Made by a program: the position numbers and the translations under genes
Source: Patescibacteria group bacterium
Lineage (GTDB): Bacteria > Patescibacteriota > JABMPQ01
Length of the DNA stretch: 64,000 nt
Reading direction: 5' to 3'
Assembly: GCA_041749335.1 (NCBI GenBank)
Contig: JBGTBM010000010.1
Span: 4,533 to 68,532, forward strand
In this document: piece after piece, positions 39,467-49,003 of the stretch
Numbering within the stretch: the stretch's first letter is position 1
Layout: the number at the start of each line of letters is the position of its first letter
Notes under the pieces: generated by a model
The model's database searches: none
The model's input: the letters and a program-made list of their open reading frames with translations, nothing else
What the model was told of the DNA's origin: nothing

Positions 39467-40825
39467 ATGGAAAAAGAAAATACAATCGAAAAATTGCCAC
39501 CGCAAAATATTGAGGCAGAAGAGTCCGTGCTCGGAGCTTTGTTAATAGATAAAGACTCTCTAATTAAGATCTCTGACTTTTTAAAGCCCGAAGATTTTTA
39601 TAAGGATATTAATGGAATCATATTTCGGGCGATGCTTGATCTATTCGAAAAAAGACAACCCATAGATATCGTAAGTTTAACTAATATTTTAGAAGAATTA
39701 AATAAACTTGATCTGATTGGAGGCAGAAGTTATCTTGCTTCGCTTGCCAATAAAGTTCCCACCTCCGGACACATTGTCCATTACGCTAAAATTATCCAGA
39801 AAAAAGCCACCTTAAGAAATCTTATTCGAGCTTCAGCAGAAATTGCTGAATTGGGCCATAAAGAATCTGAAGATGTCGATAAAATTTTAGACGAATCAGA
39901 ACAAAAGATATTTAAAGTTTCACAAAATCAGCTGCAACAAAATTTCGTTGGCATTAAAGACGTTTTGACGGATACTTTTGACCGCATTGATGAATTGCAT
40001 AAGGACGGTGGAAAGCTTCGCGGTATGCCGACCGGATTTATTGATATGGATAATTTATTAGCCGGTTTGCAAAAATCTGACCTGGTAATCCTGGCGGCCC
40101 GGCCTTCAATGGGTAAAACTACATTTGCACTGGATATCGCTCGCCATATCGGCTTGCGTGAAAATGCCTCAACCGGAATATTTAGCTTGGAAATGTCCCG
40201 CGAACAATTAGTTGATAGGCTATTATGCGCCGAAGCCAATGTTGAATTGTGGAAAATGCGTACCGGCAGATTATCAGATAGCGGTGAAAATGATGATTTT
40301 TCCCGCATTGGACAAGCTATGGGCGTCTTATCAGAGGCTAAAATATTTATTGATGATACTCCCCTGTTAACTATTATGGAAATGCGCACAAAGGCCCGCC
40401 GCCTTCAAGCGGAGCACGGACTGGATTTTTTAGTGGTTGATTATCTTCAGTTGATGGATGGAAGATCAAGGCATGGAGACAACAGAGTACAGGAAGTATC
40501 AGAAATATCGCGCGGACTTAAAGCAATTGCCAGAGAGTTAAATATACCGATATTAGCTTTATCACAGTTATCCCGCGCAGTTGAAAGCCGCAGCCCGCAA
40601 ATCCCGCAGCTAGCGGATTTACGCGAGTCCGGATCAATCGAACAGGATGCTGATGTGGTAATGTTTATTTACCGTGAAGAAATGTATAAACCCGATACTG
40701 ATCGGCAAAATATTGCCGAAGTGCTAATCAAAAAGCACAGAAACGGACCAACTGGCAAAGTAGAATTATTTTTTGACCATGAAAAAGTATCATTTAAAAA
40801 TTTAGAAAAAAAACACGAAGTATAA
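39467..40825 (+). CDS. dnaB: replicative DNA helicase DnaB
   Basis: N-terminal PQNIEAEESVLGALL, Walker A ARPSMGKT, Walker B LVVDYLQLM. Confidence 0.9.
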   Translation: MEKENTIEKLPPQNIEAEESVLGALLIDKDSLIKISDFLKPEDFYKDINGIIFRAMLDLFEKRQPIDIVSLTNILEELNKLDLIGGRSYLASLANKVPTSGHIVHYAKIIQKKATLRNLIRASAEIAELGHKESEDVDKILDESEQKIFKVSQNQLQQNFVGIKDVLTDTFDRIDELHKDGGKLRGMPTGFIDMDNLLAGLQKSDLVILAARPSMGKTTFALDIARHIGLRENASTGIFSLEMSREQLVDRLLCAEANVELWKMRTGRLSDSGENDDFSRIGQAMGVLSEAKIFIDDTPLLTIMEMRTKARRLQAEHGLDFLVVDYLQLMDGRSRHGDNRVQEVSEISRGLKAIARELNIPILALSQLSRAVESRSPQIPQLADLRESGSIEQDADVVMFIYREEMYKPDTDRQNIAEVLIKKHRNGPTGKVELFFDHEKVSFKNLEKKHEV

Positions 40826-40863
40826 TATAATAAATTTCTTCAACTATTAATTAATATAAAAAA

Positions 40864-41157
40864 ATGTTCAATAAACTCAAACAATTTCAAGATCTTAGAA
40901 AAAAGGCTAAGGATTTAAAAAATAGCATGGCTCAAGAAGCTATTGTCGGCGAAGCTCTTGACGGTGAAATTAAAATCACCATGGATGGCAACCAAGAAAT
41001 AAAGAATGTGGAAATCAGCGAAGCGCTTTTATCCCCGGACAATAAAGGACAATTGGAACAAGGCGTCAAAGATGCATTTTCAAGTGCAGTGAAGGAATTA
41101 CAATCATTAATGATGAAAAAAATGCAATCAGGCGATATTCAATTGCCTAATCTGTAA
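40864..41157 (+). CDS. YbaB/EbfC family nucleoid-associated protein
   Basis: ~97 aa; conserved position between dnaX/dnaB-type genes and recR. Confidence 0.7.
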   Translation: MFNKLKQFQDLRKKAKDLKNSMAQEAIVGEALDGEIKITMDGNQEIKNVEISEALLSPDNKGQLEQGVKDAFSSAVKELQSLMMKKMQSGDIQLPNL

Positions 41158-41163
41158 TTATTT

Positions 41164-41769
41164 ATGTCAATTCTACCCCAAACTATTGAAAATTTAATTG
41201 ATGAATTCGCCAAACTGCCAGGCGTAGGACCTAAATCCGCTCAGCGGCTGGTTTTTTATTTAGTTAAATCGCCTAAAAAAGATTTGGCAATTTTCTCACA
41301 AGCCTTAAGTAAATTACTGGATGGAGTTAAATTTTGCTCGCTCTGCCAGAATCTTTCTGAAAATGAAAAATGCCCGATTTGTGCTAATAGCAAAAGAGAG
41401 CAAAATAAGATCTGCGTAGTTGAAAAACCTCTGGATGTGGTAGCGATAGAAGAAACACACAATTATAATGGACTCTATCATATATTACATGGGGCTATTT
41501 CCCCCATCAACGGCATTGGTCCAGATGAGCTTAAAATTAGAGAGCTGTTACAGCGATTAAACAATGCCGGCAATGAAGTTAAAGAAATAATTATTGCCAC
41601 CAATCCTAATCTGGAAGGAGAGGCGACCGCCATGTATTTATCCAAACTTATAAAGCCCTTAGATATCAAAGTATCTCGCATAGCTCGCGGCCTTCCCACT
41701 GGCAGCGACTTGGATTATGCCGATCAAGAAACATTATCCAACGCCCTCAAGGGCCGCAAGGAATTATAA
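41164..41769 (+). CDS. recR: recombination protein RecR
   Basis: HhH (LPGVGPKSAQR), C4 zinc finger CSLCQN...CPIC, Toprim domain. Confidence 0.9.
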   Translation: MSILPQTIENLIDEFAKLPGVGPKSAQRLVFYLVKSPKKDLAIFSQALSKLLDGVKFCSLCQNLSENEKCPICANSKREQNKICVVEKPLDVVAIEETHNYNGLYHILHGAISPINGIGPDELKIRELLQRLNNAGNEVKEIIIATNPNLEGEATAMYLSKLIKPLDIKVSRIARGLPTGSDLDYADQETLSNALKGRKEL

Positions 41770-41826
41770 TTTTAATATAATAAAAAAGCCCCCGATTTAT
41801 TGTGCGAGGGCTTTTTAAAAATAGTT

Positions 41827-42144
41827 TTATATTTTGGTAATTTTAACTTTTGTCAACCTCTGCCTATGTCCCACTGTCCTTTTATACCTTTTCTTAGCTT
41901 TATATTTAGTAGTACGCACTTTCTTATCTTTCATCTCCGGATCAATAATTTCCGCTTCAACTTTAGCTCCTTTAATTACCGGCTCTCCGATTTTAACTTC
42001 TTTGTCGTCCGAAATTAATAACACCTCTTCAAAAGTAAATTTTTTTGCTTCCTTTTTAAGCTGCAATTTTTCCACTTCTAAAACATCGCCTGCTTTTACT
42101 TTATATTGTTTACCGCCAGTTTTTATTACTGCAAATTTTGCCAT
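41827..42144 (-). CDS. rplU: 50S ribosomal protein L21
   Basis: MAKFAVIKTGGKQYKV N-terminus. Confidence 0.85.
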   Translation of the reverse strand: MAKFAVIKTGGKQYKVKAGDVLEVEKLQLKKEAKKFTFEEVLLISDDKEVKIGEPVIKGAKVEAEIIDPEMKDKKVRTTKYKAKKRYKRTVGHRQRLTKVKITKI

Positions 42145-42215
42145 ATTATTTCATAATTAATAAATGTAATAACACCCGTGATGCTATTACATTTTTATAT
42201 ATTATACTACATGAT

Positions 42216-42809
42216 TTATTTTACAAGTCTTTTTTCAACGACTGTCCAATCAATAATTTTCCAAAACTCATCGATATATTTTCCCCTTTCGTTTTGATAA
42301 TCAAGGTAATAAGCATGTTCCCAGACATCAATTACCAATAAATACGCTGCGTCCGGATACATATTCTGATTATGTTTTTCTATTTGGCTAATGATTAAAT
42401 CCCCGCTTATACGATCTTGCACCAAAGCAGTCCAGCCGCTTCCTTCGACAGATTCGGCTGCCTTTTTAAATTCCGACTGAAATCTTTTAAATGAATTAAA
42501 GTTTTGATTGATTAATCTCAATAATTTTTCCGATGGCACATTTCCATCAACCGGAGCTTTTAAATTTTCCCAGAACCAGCTATGCAGCATATGCCCGGAT
42601 AAATTAAAAGACAAGTTCTTCAAGGCTGATTTTTGGTCAACTTCATTATTATTTATTCTGGCTTGATCCAGTATTTCCAGAATTACATTAGCGTTATTCA
42701 CATAGCCCTGGTGGTGTTTTTGATGATGAATTATCAATTGTTCTTCTGAAATTACAGGAGCAAGCTCTCCATATCCATATTTTAATTCCGGTAATTCATA
42801 TTTTATCAT
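42216..42809 (-). CDS. sodA: Fe/Mn superoxide dismutase
   Basis: HHQKHH and DVWEHAYY motifs. Confidence 0.9.
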   Translation of the reverse strand: MIKYELPELKYGYGELAPVISEEQLIIHHQKHHQGYVNNANVILEILDQARINNNEVDQKSALKNLSFNLSGHMLHSWFWENLKAPVDGNVPSEKLLRLINQNFNSFKRFQSEFKKAAESVEGSGWTALVQDRISGDLIISQIEKHNQNMYPDAAYLLVIDVWEHAYYLDYQNERGKYIDEFWKIIDWTVVEKRLVK

Positions 42810-42836
42810 AAATTTATGTTTAGTAACTAAATTGTT

Positions 42837-43121
42837 TTATTCGTTTAATTCTTCTTTAACTTCTTTTTTCCCTTCTTCAAGTTCAGCAACCTGTTCCTCA
42901 TCGCGCCGCAAAAGCATAGCCTGAAATTCACCGACGTGAGTTTTTTCTTCCTTGGCTACATCTAATAATATTTTTTTCATATCTTCATCTTCCGTCAATG
43001 ATGCGAATTGTTCGTATAGATTTACCGCGTCCAGTTCGGCAATGATAGCCGCTCTCAATATTTCTTTATCAATATCTTCTTTGTTAACTTTTTCAAGATT
43101 GATTGGCAATTGTGACAACAT
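42837..43121 (-). CDS. small ferritin-like (rubrerythrin/EncFtn-like) protein
   Basis: Helix pair with ELDAVNLYE and EEKTHVGEF (ExxH) di-iron-type motifs. Confidence 0.4.
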   Translation of the reverse strand: MLSQLPINLEKVNKEDIDKEILRAAIIAELDAVNLYEQFASLTEDEDMKKILLDVAKEEKTHVGEFQAMLLRRDEEQVAELEEGKKEVKEELNE

Positions 43122-43138
43122 ATTTTTTTATTAATTAT

Positions 43139-43357
43139 TTATAAATATAAGATAATAACCAAAAAAGCATGAATTGTCGCGAATATTAACGAAATAATAG
43201 CCATCCTGGGATGCCACTTAAAATTTACAAATTTTATTCCTCGAGCACTGGAAATGGAAATTAGGGCCGTAATTACAAATAAAGCGTATGTTATAATACC
43301 TAAAATTCGGATAATTGAGATCCCCAAAATACTATAATTAACAATTTCATTTATCAT
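43139..43357 (-). CDS. small membrane protein, hypothetical
   Basis: Two TM helices. Confidence 0.3.
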   Translation of the reverse strand: MINEIVNYSILGISIIRILGIITYALFVITALISISSARGIKFVNFKWHPRMAIISLIFATIHAFLVIILYL

Positions 43358-43359
43358 TT

Positions 43360-43644
43360 TTAGTTTTTATGAAATAAACCGCACCAACACTCCCCTTTTT
43401 CTTTCCAGGTGTTTTGGATAAAAAAGTTGCAGGGGCAAATTAATTCTAAATCTATTTGTTTTTTTCCGGATGTTAGCCGACATGGACAGTATTTTAAGCC
43501 GTATCTTCTTTCATTTTCCAAAACGCCAATCGCCACCTTTTCTACCCATTTCCGATCCGGATTTAGTATAAATTTATTATTTTTACGGACAAATTCTTCC
43601 CAGATGGCAATCAAATTTTTTGTTTTTTCATCCATTTCAATCAA
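43360..43644 (-). CDS. ferredoxin-thioredoxin reductase catalytic subunit-like (FtrC family)
   Basis: CPCR...CPC...CWC Cys pattern (CPCRLTSGKK..ICPCNFF..GECWCGLF) of the FTR 4Fe-4S/disulfide site. Confidence 0.65.
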   Translation of the reverse strand: MIEMDEKTKNLIAIWEEFVRKNNKFILNPDRKWVEKVAIGVLENERRYGLKYCPCRLTSGKKQIDLELICPCNFFIQNTWKEKGECWCGLFHKN

Positions 43645-43939
43645 TTATTTTTTCAAATTCCGCTTTATCTATTTCAACATATACATTTTCGTTTTTACAA
43701 GTAGGACAAAAAATCGAAAACATTTTACCGATATGCAAATCATTGCAAACTGTACATCTTCCCAGTTTTTTATTAATCAATTTATTTAGAAGAATATCGA
43801 CATCTTCCTTTTCAGTCTTGATATAAGATTTTTTACTTTGGCAAGTGGGACATTCTTCGGGCGCTGATGAACCAAAATGGATATCGCCGCAAATAGTGCA
43901 TTTAAAAAGATATTTCATTAATTTTATAATGGTGATCAA
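43637..43939 (-). CDS. tandem rubredoxin-like zinc-ribbon protein
   Basis: Two CxxC-x~15-CPxC modules (CTICGD..CPTC; CTVCND..CPTC). 8-bp overlap with FtrC-like gene. Confidence 0.5.
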   Translation of the reverse strand: MITIIKLMKYLFKCTICGDIHFGSSAPEECPTCQSKKSYIKTEKEDVDILLNKLINKKLGRCTVCNDLHIGKMFSIFCPTCKNENVYVEIDKAEFEKIID

Positions 43940-44145
43940 TCAAAAATTCCTGCTTTGATGCGCATTTCGATCTCCTTTTTAAGCATATCAACATGTTTTT
44001 TTTCATCCTCTAATATTTTCCCCCACGCAGGTACGCTATGACATTTTGCCTTGTTGGCATCTTCCAGATAGTACTTTTCAATTCTCCACATGTTGTCTAA
44101 TTTGCTGTGCAAAGTTTTAATCAGGTCGTAATTAATGTTTTTCAT
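43936..44145 (-). CDS. hypothetical small helical protein
   Basis: ORF only; overlaps upstream gene by 4 bp. Confidence 0.3.
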   Translation of the reverse strand: MKNINYDLIKTLHSKLDNMWRIEKYYLEDANKAKCHSVPAWGKILEDEKKHVDMLKKEIEMRIKAGIFD

Positions 44146-44223
44146 ATTTTTTATATTATTTTTTATATTATAACATTTAAATAATAAAAAAGCAGAGTTT
44201 TCGCACTCTGCGTTGTTGATAAA

Positions 44224-44631
44224 TTAATCTGCCTCCACAAACTTTCCAATATGGTTCCAGCAGAAAGCGTCTTCATCTTCTTCGATGGCTGCCAGAATTT
44301 CTTGATGAGTATAAACTTTAACACGAAATGCAGTATGGTTTAGAAAATATCCAAATCCGGTATCTTGATTTACTAGGATTAACCTCTTGCCAACCTTAAT
44401 ATCATAGGAATATCCTGAATTGGATTTTACCCGCAGCACTCTCGCTAAAAATTCCATCGCTTCCATGCTCAAACAATAAAGCTTTGAGCTGTTGGATTTT
44501 ACCATCAAACTAGCAGCGTCTAATTTTACCCTGCCGTTAAATAATTCCGCTACCAAATAATAGCTATTCAAAAGAACATACCGCGACAAATCATGGCCGA
44601 TTAAATCGCTCAATAATACTTTATCATCCAT
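44224..44631 (-). CDS. hypothetical protein
   Basis: ORF only. Confidence 0.3.
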   Translation of the reverse strand: MDDKVLLSDLIGHDLSRYVLLNSYYLVAELFNGRVKLDAASLMVKSNSSKLYCLSMEAMEFLARVLRVKSNSGYSYDIKVGKRLILVNQDTGFGYFLNHTAFRVKVYTHQEILAAIEEDEDAFCWNHIGKFVEAD

Positions 44632-44744
44632 TATATTATCCTCCTCTAAAAAAACAAATTTTATTATAATGTAATATAAATAAATATTCAGTCAATAAAA
44701 AGAGGTTTTATTATCCTCTTTTTATAATGATTTTGCTCTAATAT

Positions 44745-45062
44745 TTAACCCAAAGCATCGCCGGCTTCTATTTCTACCCAAGCATCATTTTGAATGACAT
44801 ACGCGTTCAAATAACTTACGGTTTCATCTTCGGAAAAAACTTTTTCTATTTTTTGCGCCACGCCGCCTCTCTTGCTGGATCCGGAAGTTTTAATATCGAT
44901 CACTCTCGGCTTTGTAACCCATTCCAGCTTCATTCGTCCTAAGGGCCCTTGAAAAATCAAGCGCTCAATGTCTTTTTCCGCTTCCTTTACTCTTTCTTCT
45001 TTTTCCAGTTCAAATTTATTTTTTACCAAGCTTTTGATATCTTCCCATCTATTTTCATTCAT
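44745..45062 (-). CDS. hypothetical protein
   Basis: ORF only. Confidence 0.3.
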   Translation of the reverse strand: MNENRWEDIKSLVKNKFELEKEERVKEAEKDIERLIFQGPLGRMKLEWVTKPRVIDIKTSGSSKRGGVAQKIEKVFSEDETVSYLNAYVIQNDAWVEIEAGDALG

Positions 45063-45083
45063 ATTGTTTAAATATTTTATGTG

Positions 45084-45719
45084 CTAGAATATATCTTTAA
45101 TTCTCTGCCATAGGCTTTTCTTTTCTTTTTCCGTTTGAGCTAATTCCTGCAATCTTTCCTGCTCTTGATCCATTAATTGTATCTGTTCATTAAGATATGA
45201 CTTTAGGGATTGATCGCATTCACATTCATTTTTTATTTGATTCAATTGCTGCAATCTAAGCGTATTGGCATTAACTTGCTGTTCAATATCTTTGGCTGAC
45301 CGCTGATCTCCTCCAACAAAAAAAGTTTTTATTTTACTCCTGGCTCTGATTTTTTCTTCCGCCCTTAAGGTATTTTGAACAGAATTTTCTATTTGATTTA
45401 ACGCCTCTTCGGCATTTTTATCCGCTTTGATTAAATCAAGCATAGTACTAATAGTATAAGCTCCCAATTTTGTTCGATCTTGATTTTGAGTGAATTCTTG
45501 TTGTTTTTCTTCTAATTGTATTCTTTCTTGTTCTAATTCCCGTGCCCTAGTCTGGTTCATTTCTTCTACTTGATCCAAATTTTGAGCTTGCAGCCTATTT
45601 CTTTCAATATTTTGCAGCTGGTTATTATTTTGAGGAGCAATCAAATTCTGCGCAAAAGCGGTATTGATCCCCAGAAAAAGAAGGAGCATCGCTACACCGA
45701 ACAAAACAATTTTTTTCAT
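45084..45719 (-). CDS. secreted coiled-coil (Gln/Glu-rich) protein
   Basis: Signal peptide plus heptad-like QxxLEQ repeats. Confidence 0.35.
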   Translation of the reverse strand: MKKIVLFGVAMLLLFLGINTAFAQNLIAPQNNNQLQNIERNRLQAQNLDQVEEMNQTRARELEQERIQLEEKQQEFTQNQDRTKLGAYTISTMLDLIKADKNAEEALNQIENSVQNTLRAEEKIRARSKIKTFFVGGDQRSAKDIEQQVNANTLRLQQLNQIKNECECDQSLKSYLNEQIQLMDQEQERLQELAQTEKEKKSLWQRIKDIF

Positions 45720-45805
45720 AATTTTTTAATTATTTATAGAATAATTATACCATTTCATGATTTTGACAGCAATTTTATAAAAAAAACCGTAAACCGTCTT
45801 ATCGA

Positions 45806-46195
45806 CTACTCTCCATGTTCGGCTTTTTCCGCTTCCATGGCCTCTGACTTTGTTACATGTACAGTGCCATCGGGATGATTGGCGGGAGAATAAATCGTAT
45901 ATAGTTTTAAATCCTCACTTGTAGAAGTATTTATAATATTATGTTCCAAACCAGCTGGCACAATTGCCGCTGAACCGTCTTTGATCATGTTTTCATCACC
46001 ATCAATAATTATCTTTCCCTCTCCTTTTTCAAAACGAAAAAATTGATCAACGTCATGATGAACTTCCATGCCGATATCTTCGCCCGGCTTTAGACTCATT
46101 ACTACAAGCTGTGCATGTTTTCCGGTATAAAGCACCTGGCGGAAATTTGAGTTTTCCAAGGTCAATGATTCGATCTCACTTACGTATCCATTCAT
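45806..46195 (-). CDS. cupin-domain protein
   Basis: HHDVDQFFRFEKGEGKIIIDGDE...VPAGLEHNI two-motif cupin pattern. Confidence 0.6.
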   Translation of the reverse strand: MNGYVSEIESLTLENSNFRQVLYTGKHAQLVVMSLKPGEDIGMEVHHDVDQFFRFEKGEGKIIIDGDENMIKDGSAAIVPAGLEHNIINTSTSEDLKLYTIYSPANHPDGTVHVTKSEAMEAEKAEHGE

Positions 46196-46349
46196 AATTT
46201 TATTTTCCTAATATTATTTATTAATATAAATAATTATAACATATTTATTATTATTTTACCTGTTGACAATTATTAATAATTCTGTTTAGCTATAATAATC
46301 ATTATTGATTGAACTTTATCAGTATACCAAACAAACCAGGAGATATAAG

Positions 46350-46628
46350 ATGTCTGATTCAACGGATAAAAAAGCAAGGAAGATCCCTCTTATCCCCCAA
46401 GATTTAATGTATGAATTCTTGCACGCATTGCGCTTGAATATTGGTGGAATTCCCCACGAGGGTTACAACTTTCACCTAATCAAGAATTTGCGTATTGCGT
46501 GTCGCGAAGCTGGCCGCGACGCTGCCATGATGGAAAGAATAAAAAACCTCGATCTTTTTGGTGAAGAATATATCCGGGAATTGCTGGATAGTATTGTTGC
46601 TCTCGACAACTTCGTCAATCCCAAATAA
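46350..46628 (+). CDS. hypothetical protein (start moved to ATG with AGGAGA RBS)
   Basis: accAGGAGAtataagATG. Higher GC than surroundings. Confidence 0.35.
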   Translation: MSDSTDKKARKIPLIPQDLMYEFLHALRLNIGGIPHEGYNFHLIKNLRIACREAGRDAAMMERIKNLDLFGEEYIRELLDSIVALDNFVNPK

Positions 46629-46659
46629 AAAAGACCAAATAACCGGTCTTTCTTTTTTA

Positions 46660-46914
46660 TTATAATTTTTTTTCAACTACAATAGTACATTCAGTCAATA
46701 GAGCCGCCAGAGCGCCTAAAGCCGCTAGGGCTGGCGCCAAGGCCGTACCAATAACCCCCACTGTTACTGGCATCTCCATAATAGTTTTACCCTTTTCATT
46801 TTTTATAATAATGCGGGTAGCGTTGCCTTTCTTGATAATTTCTTTGACTTTTTTAACAATATCATCGCCCGAAACTTTAAATACTTCATCTTTATTTTCT
46901 GCTTTGTTTGGCAT
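46660..46914 (-). CDS. DUF4342-like protein
   Basis: …KGKTIMEMPVTVGVIGTALAPALAALGALAALL pattern. Confidence 0.4.
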   Translation of the reverse strand: MPNKAENKDEVFKVSGDDIVKKVKEIIKKGNATRIIIKNEKGKTIMEMPVTVGVIGTALAPALAALGALAALLTECTIVVEKKL

Positions 46915-46941
46915 AAAATTTTTTATTTTTTCTAAATAAGT

Positions 46942-47553
46942 TTAATTACATTTTTCAAATGATGGCAAGTGATTATTCTCTGAAGCTTTCATTAAATTAT
47001 TAAACACCGTAGTAATGTCTTCATAATCTTTTACTGCCGGTATCAACTTGTCTCGATATAAAGCAACATTGGCAATTTCTGCATCCACACCAACTTGGCA
47101 TGATTCTTTTAAATTGCCAGGAACTTCAATTTTATTTTCCCATTGATTTTCCGGAATAGTTATGCCGTATTTATCATATATAGCCTTAAGAGACGCTATA
47201 TGTTGTTCTTCCGCACGTACAATCATAATAAACGGCCTCACGCTGCCTAATTTATCAATCACTTTTTCGTAAACAGTATGGGCTTTATATTCGTCTTCAA
47301 TGGCTTGATCTAAAGCATCTTTAACTGCGTTTGATAAGTTACCAACGGGATATTTTAAATTTTCAATTTTTAAACATTCTTCACCTAAACAATTTTTTTC
47401 ATTGTTGGGTTTAGACAAATTTTGAATTGATTGGCCCGTTCTTTGTTGAATTTGATCTAATCTTTGACTATTCCATATTAAATACACTATCATCCCAATA
47501 ATTGCGATAGACATTAGAATCACTAACACAATCAATGTTTGATTTTTTTTCAT
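46942..47553 (-). CDS. DUF2202 ferritin-like protein, membrane-anchored/secreted
   Basis: N-terminal TM. …DEYKAHTVYEKVIDKLG…VRAEEQHIASLKAIYDKYGI… matches DUF2202 ferritin-like repeats. Confidence 0.55.
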   Translation of the reverse strand: MKKNQTLIVLVILMSIAIIGMIVYLIWNSQRLDQIQQRTGQSIQNLSKPNNEKNCLGEECLKIENLKYPVGNLSNAVKDALDQAIEDEYKAHTVYEKVIDKLGSVRPFIMIVRAEEQHIASLKAIYDKYGITIPENQWENKIEVPGNLKESCQVGVDAEIANVALYRDKLIPAVKDYEDITTVFNNLMKASENNHLPSFEKCN

Positions 47554-47557
47554 TTTT

Positions 47558-47842
47558 TTATTTATTTTGTTTAAATAATTTTGGCAAATTTTTTATCCAG
47601 CTCCAATGCAAGATTAGATGAATTAGCATCAAGATAACAAATATTAAACTTACATAATTGTGGATATTAACCCAATCATGCCTATCTAGCCCCAAAATAA
47701 TATTTGTATTATCCGTATTTCTGCCTCCTTGGTAAAGATTTCCCTTAGGAATTACAAACCACAATATAAAACCGGTTATAGCTAAAATTAACAGCGCAAT
47801 GAACGAAAGTATATTTGTATAAATATTTGTTTTTATTTTCAT
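47558..47842 (-). CDS. DUF4405-like small membrane protein
   Basis: Two TM helices with conserved His residues. Confidence 0.35.
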   Translation of the reverse strand: MKIKTNIYTNILSFIALLILAITGFILWFVIPKGNLYQGGRNTDNTNIILGLDRHDWVNIHNYVSLIFVILMLIHLILHWSWIKNLPKLFKQNK

Positions 47843-47977
47843 TAATATATTAATAATATTTATATTAATATATCATATTTTCTAAAATAAGAATAATAAT
47901 CAGTAGCGCTTGATATTTTTTATAAACTAAATTAATATCACTAGAACGATTAAGATACTGCTTAAGCGGAGGAAATC

Positions 47978-48217
47978 ATGAATGAGTATGTCAAATGTGT
48001 TAAATGTGAGGTGCTCTTTGTACAAATTAATACAATGTATTGCGGCATGGATTTTTGCAACAATTGCATCTATGAATCACAGCGCGCAGTGATTAATGCC
48101 AGAAATGAAACATATGATCATTATATTGAGATGGGATATAGCATCGATGAAGCCCATCGCGTAGCCCTAAAAGAAGCCCGCAAAGTCGAATGTGAGCGCA
48201 AAGAAATGAAAAAATAA
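47978..48217 (+). CDS. small zinc-ribbon protein, subtype b of a paralog family (see 54785-55800)
   Basis: CVKC-x13-YCG.DFC.NC followed by a helical tail. Similar to the ORFs at 55114 and 55560. Confidence 0.45.
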   Translation: MNEYVKCVKCEVLFVQINTMYCGMDFCNNCIYESQRAVINARNETYDHYIEMGYSIDEAHRVALKEARKVECERKEMKK

Positions 48218-48292
48218 TCATAAGGCTCATTGAGTTGTAAATAAACTAATAAATTCATAAATTTACGGCTCAAATTCCATTCGGCCAAATAT

Positions 48293-48319
48293 TAAACTCT
48301 TTAAACCAGATAACACTGG
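48293..48319. terminator. bidirectional terminator
   Basis: aaaccag-ataaca-ctggttt plus T8. Confidence 0.55.
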
Positions 48320-48325
48320 TTTTTT

Positions 48326-48604
48326 TTATTTATTTTCAATCCTAATGGCTTTACCCTCCACTAGCGCCAAGCTTACCTTTTGATATGCGGAAGATAAAAT
48401 GCGCTGAAAAGTGCTTTGCGAAGTATTCATAATTCTTGCACACTCATTTTGTTCAAGACCTTTTTTATTTTTTAGCCTGAGCGCCTCTATCTCCTCGCTG
48501 CTTAAATTAATTATTTTAAGCTCGCGCATCGGAACACCCTGCGGTTTAAAAAATCTTATCTTCGGGTTAAATCTAATAATTCTTCTTAATCTTGGCCTAG
48601 TCAT
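48326..48604 (-). CDS. DUF134 (UPF0251) predicted DNA-binding protein
   Basis: MTRPRLRRIIRFNPKIRFFKP…LSSEEIEALRLKNKKGLEQNECARIMNTSQSTFQRIL sigma-70 region-4-like HTH. Confidence 0.6.
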   Translation of the reverse strand: MTRPRLRRIIRFNPKIRFFKPQGVPMRELKIINLSSEEIEALRLKNKKGLEQNECARIMNTSQSTFQRILSSAYQKVSLALVEGKAIRIENK

Positions 48605-48633
48605 ATATTTAAATTTATATTAAAATACAAATG

Positions 48634-48687
48634 AAGAAGGATCTACCCCGCTCATTTATTTGAGCGGGGCTCACGCTATCCTTCTTC
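48634..48687. repeat. nested inverted repeat (terminator/attenuator-like) between DUF5320 and DUF134 genes
   Basis: Outer gaagaaggat/atccttcttc and inner ccccgctca/tgagcgggg stems. Confidence 0.5.
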
Positions 48688-48689
48688 TT

Positions 48690-48896
48690 TTATTTTTCCT
48701 CTGTCTTAACATCATTATCAACTTTGCAGCCTATTCCTGATCCCATACCTTTGCCACGACCTCTGCAACAACCCACCCCTCTACCTGTTCCCGCATTACT
48801 TTGATTCTGTGCTCCCTTTCCGCATGGGCCTAATCCGCGTCCATTTGGTCCGGTTCCTTGAGGACCTTTTCCATCCATATTTGGCATAATAATCAC
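48690..48896 (-). CDS. DUF5320-like Gly/Cys-rich small protein
   Basis: MPNMDGKGPQGTGPNGRGLGPCGKG…GCCRGRGKGMG. As far as I recall, DUF134-DUF5320 pairs occur in archaeal/clostridial genomes. Confidence 0.45.
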   Translation of the reverse strand: MIIMPNMDGKGPQGTGPNGRGLGPCGKGAQNQSNAGTGRGVGCCRGRGKGMGSGIGCKVDNDVKTEEK

Positions 48897-49003
48897 CTCC
48901 CTCTTTTCTTAATTTACTATATCTATTATGAATATATACCCATTAAATATTATTGTCAATACAAAAAGCGCCTAATTTGCATAAAGCGCTTTTAATAAAT
49001 ATT

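Noticed and set aside
39928-40389. 153-aa - strand ORF inside dnaB
   Set aside because: It is antisense to a highly conserved dnaB region, with no motifs. It is a spurious shadow ORF.
41834-42160. 108-aa + strand ORF
   Set aside because: It is antisense to rplU (L21), which has a clear ribosomal signature. It is a shadow ORF.
43936-44145. Assignment of the 69-aa protein as Dps/ferritin or CotF-like
   Set aside because: There is only vague helical and His/Glu similarity. It is too short and the motif match is too weak to name.
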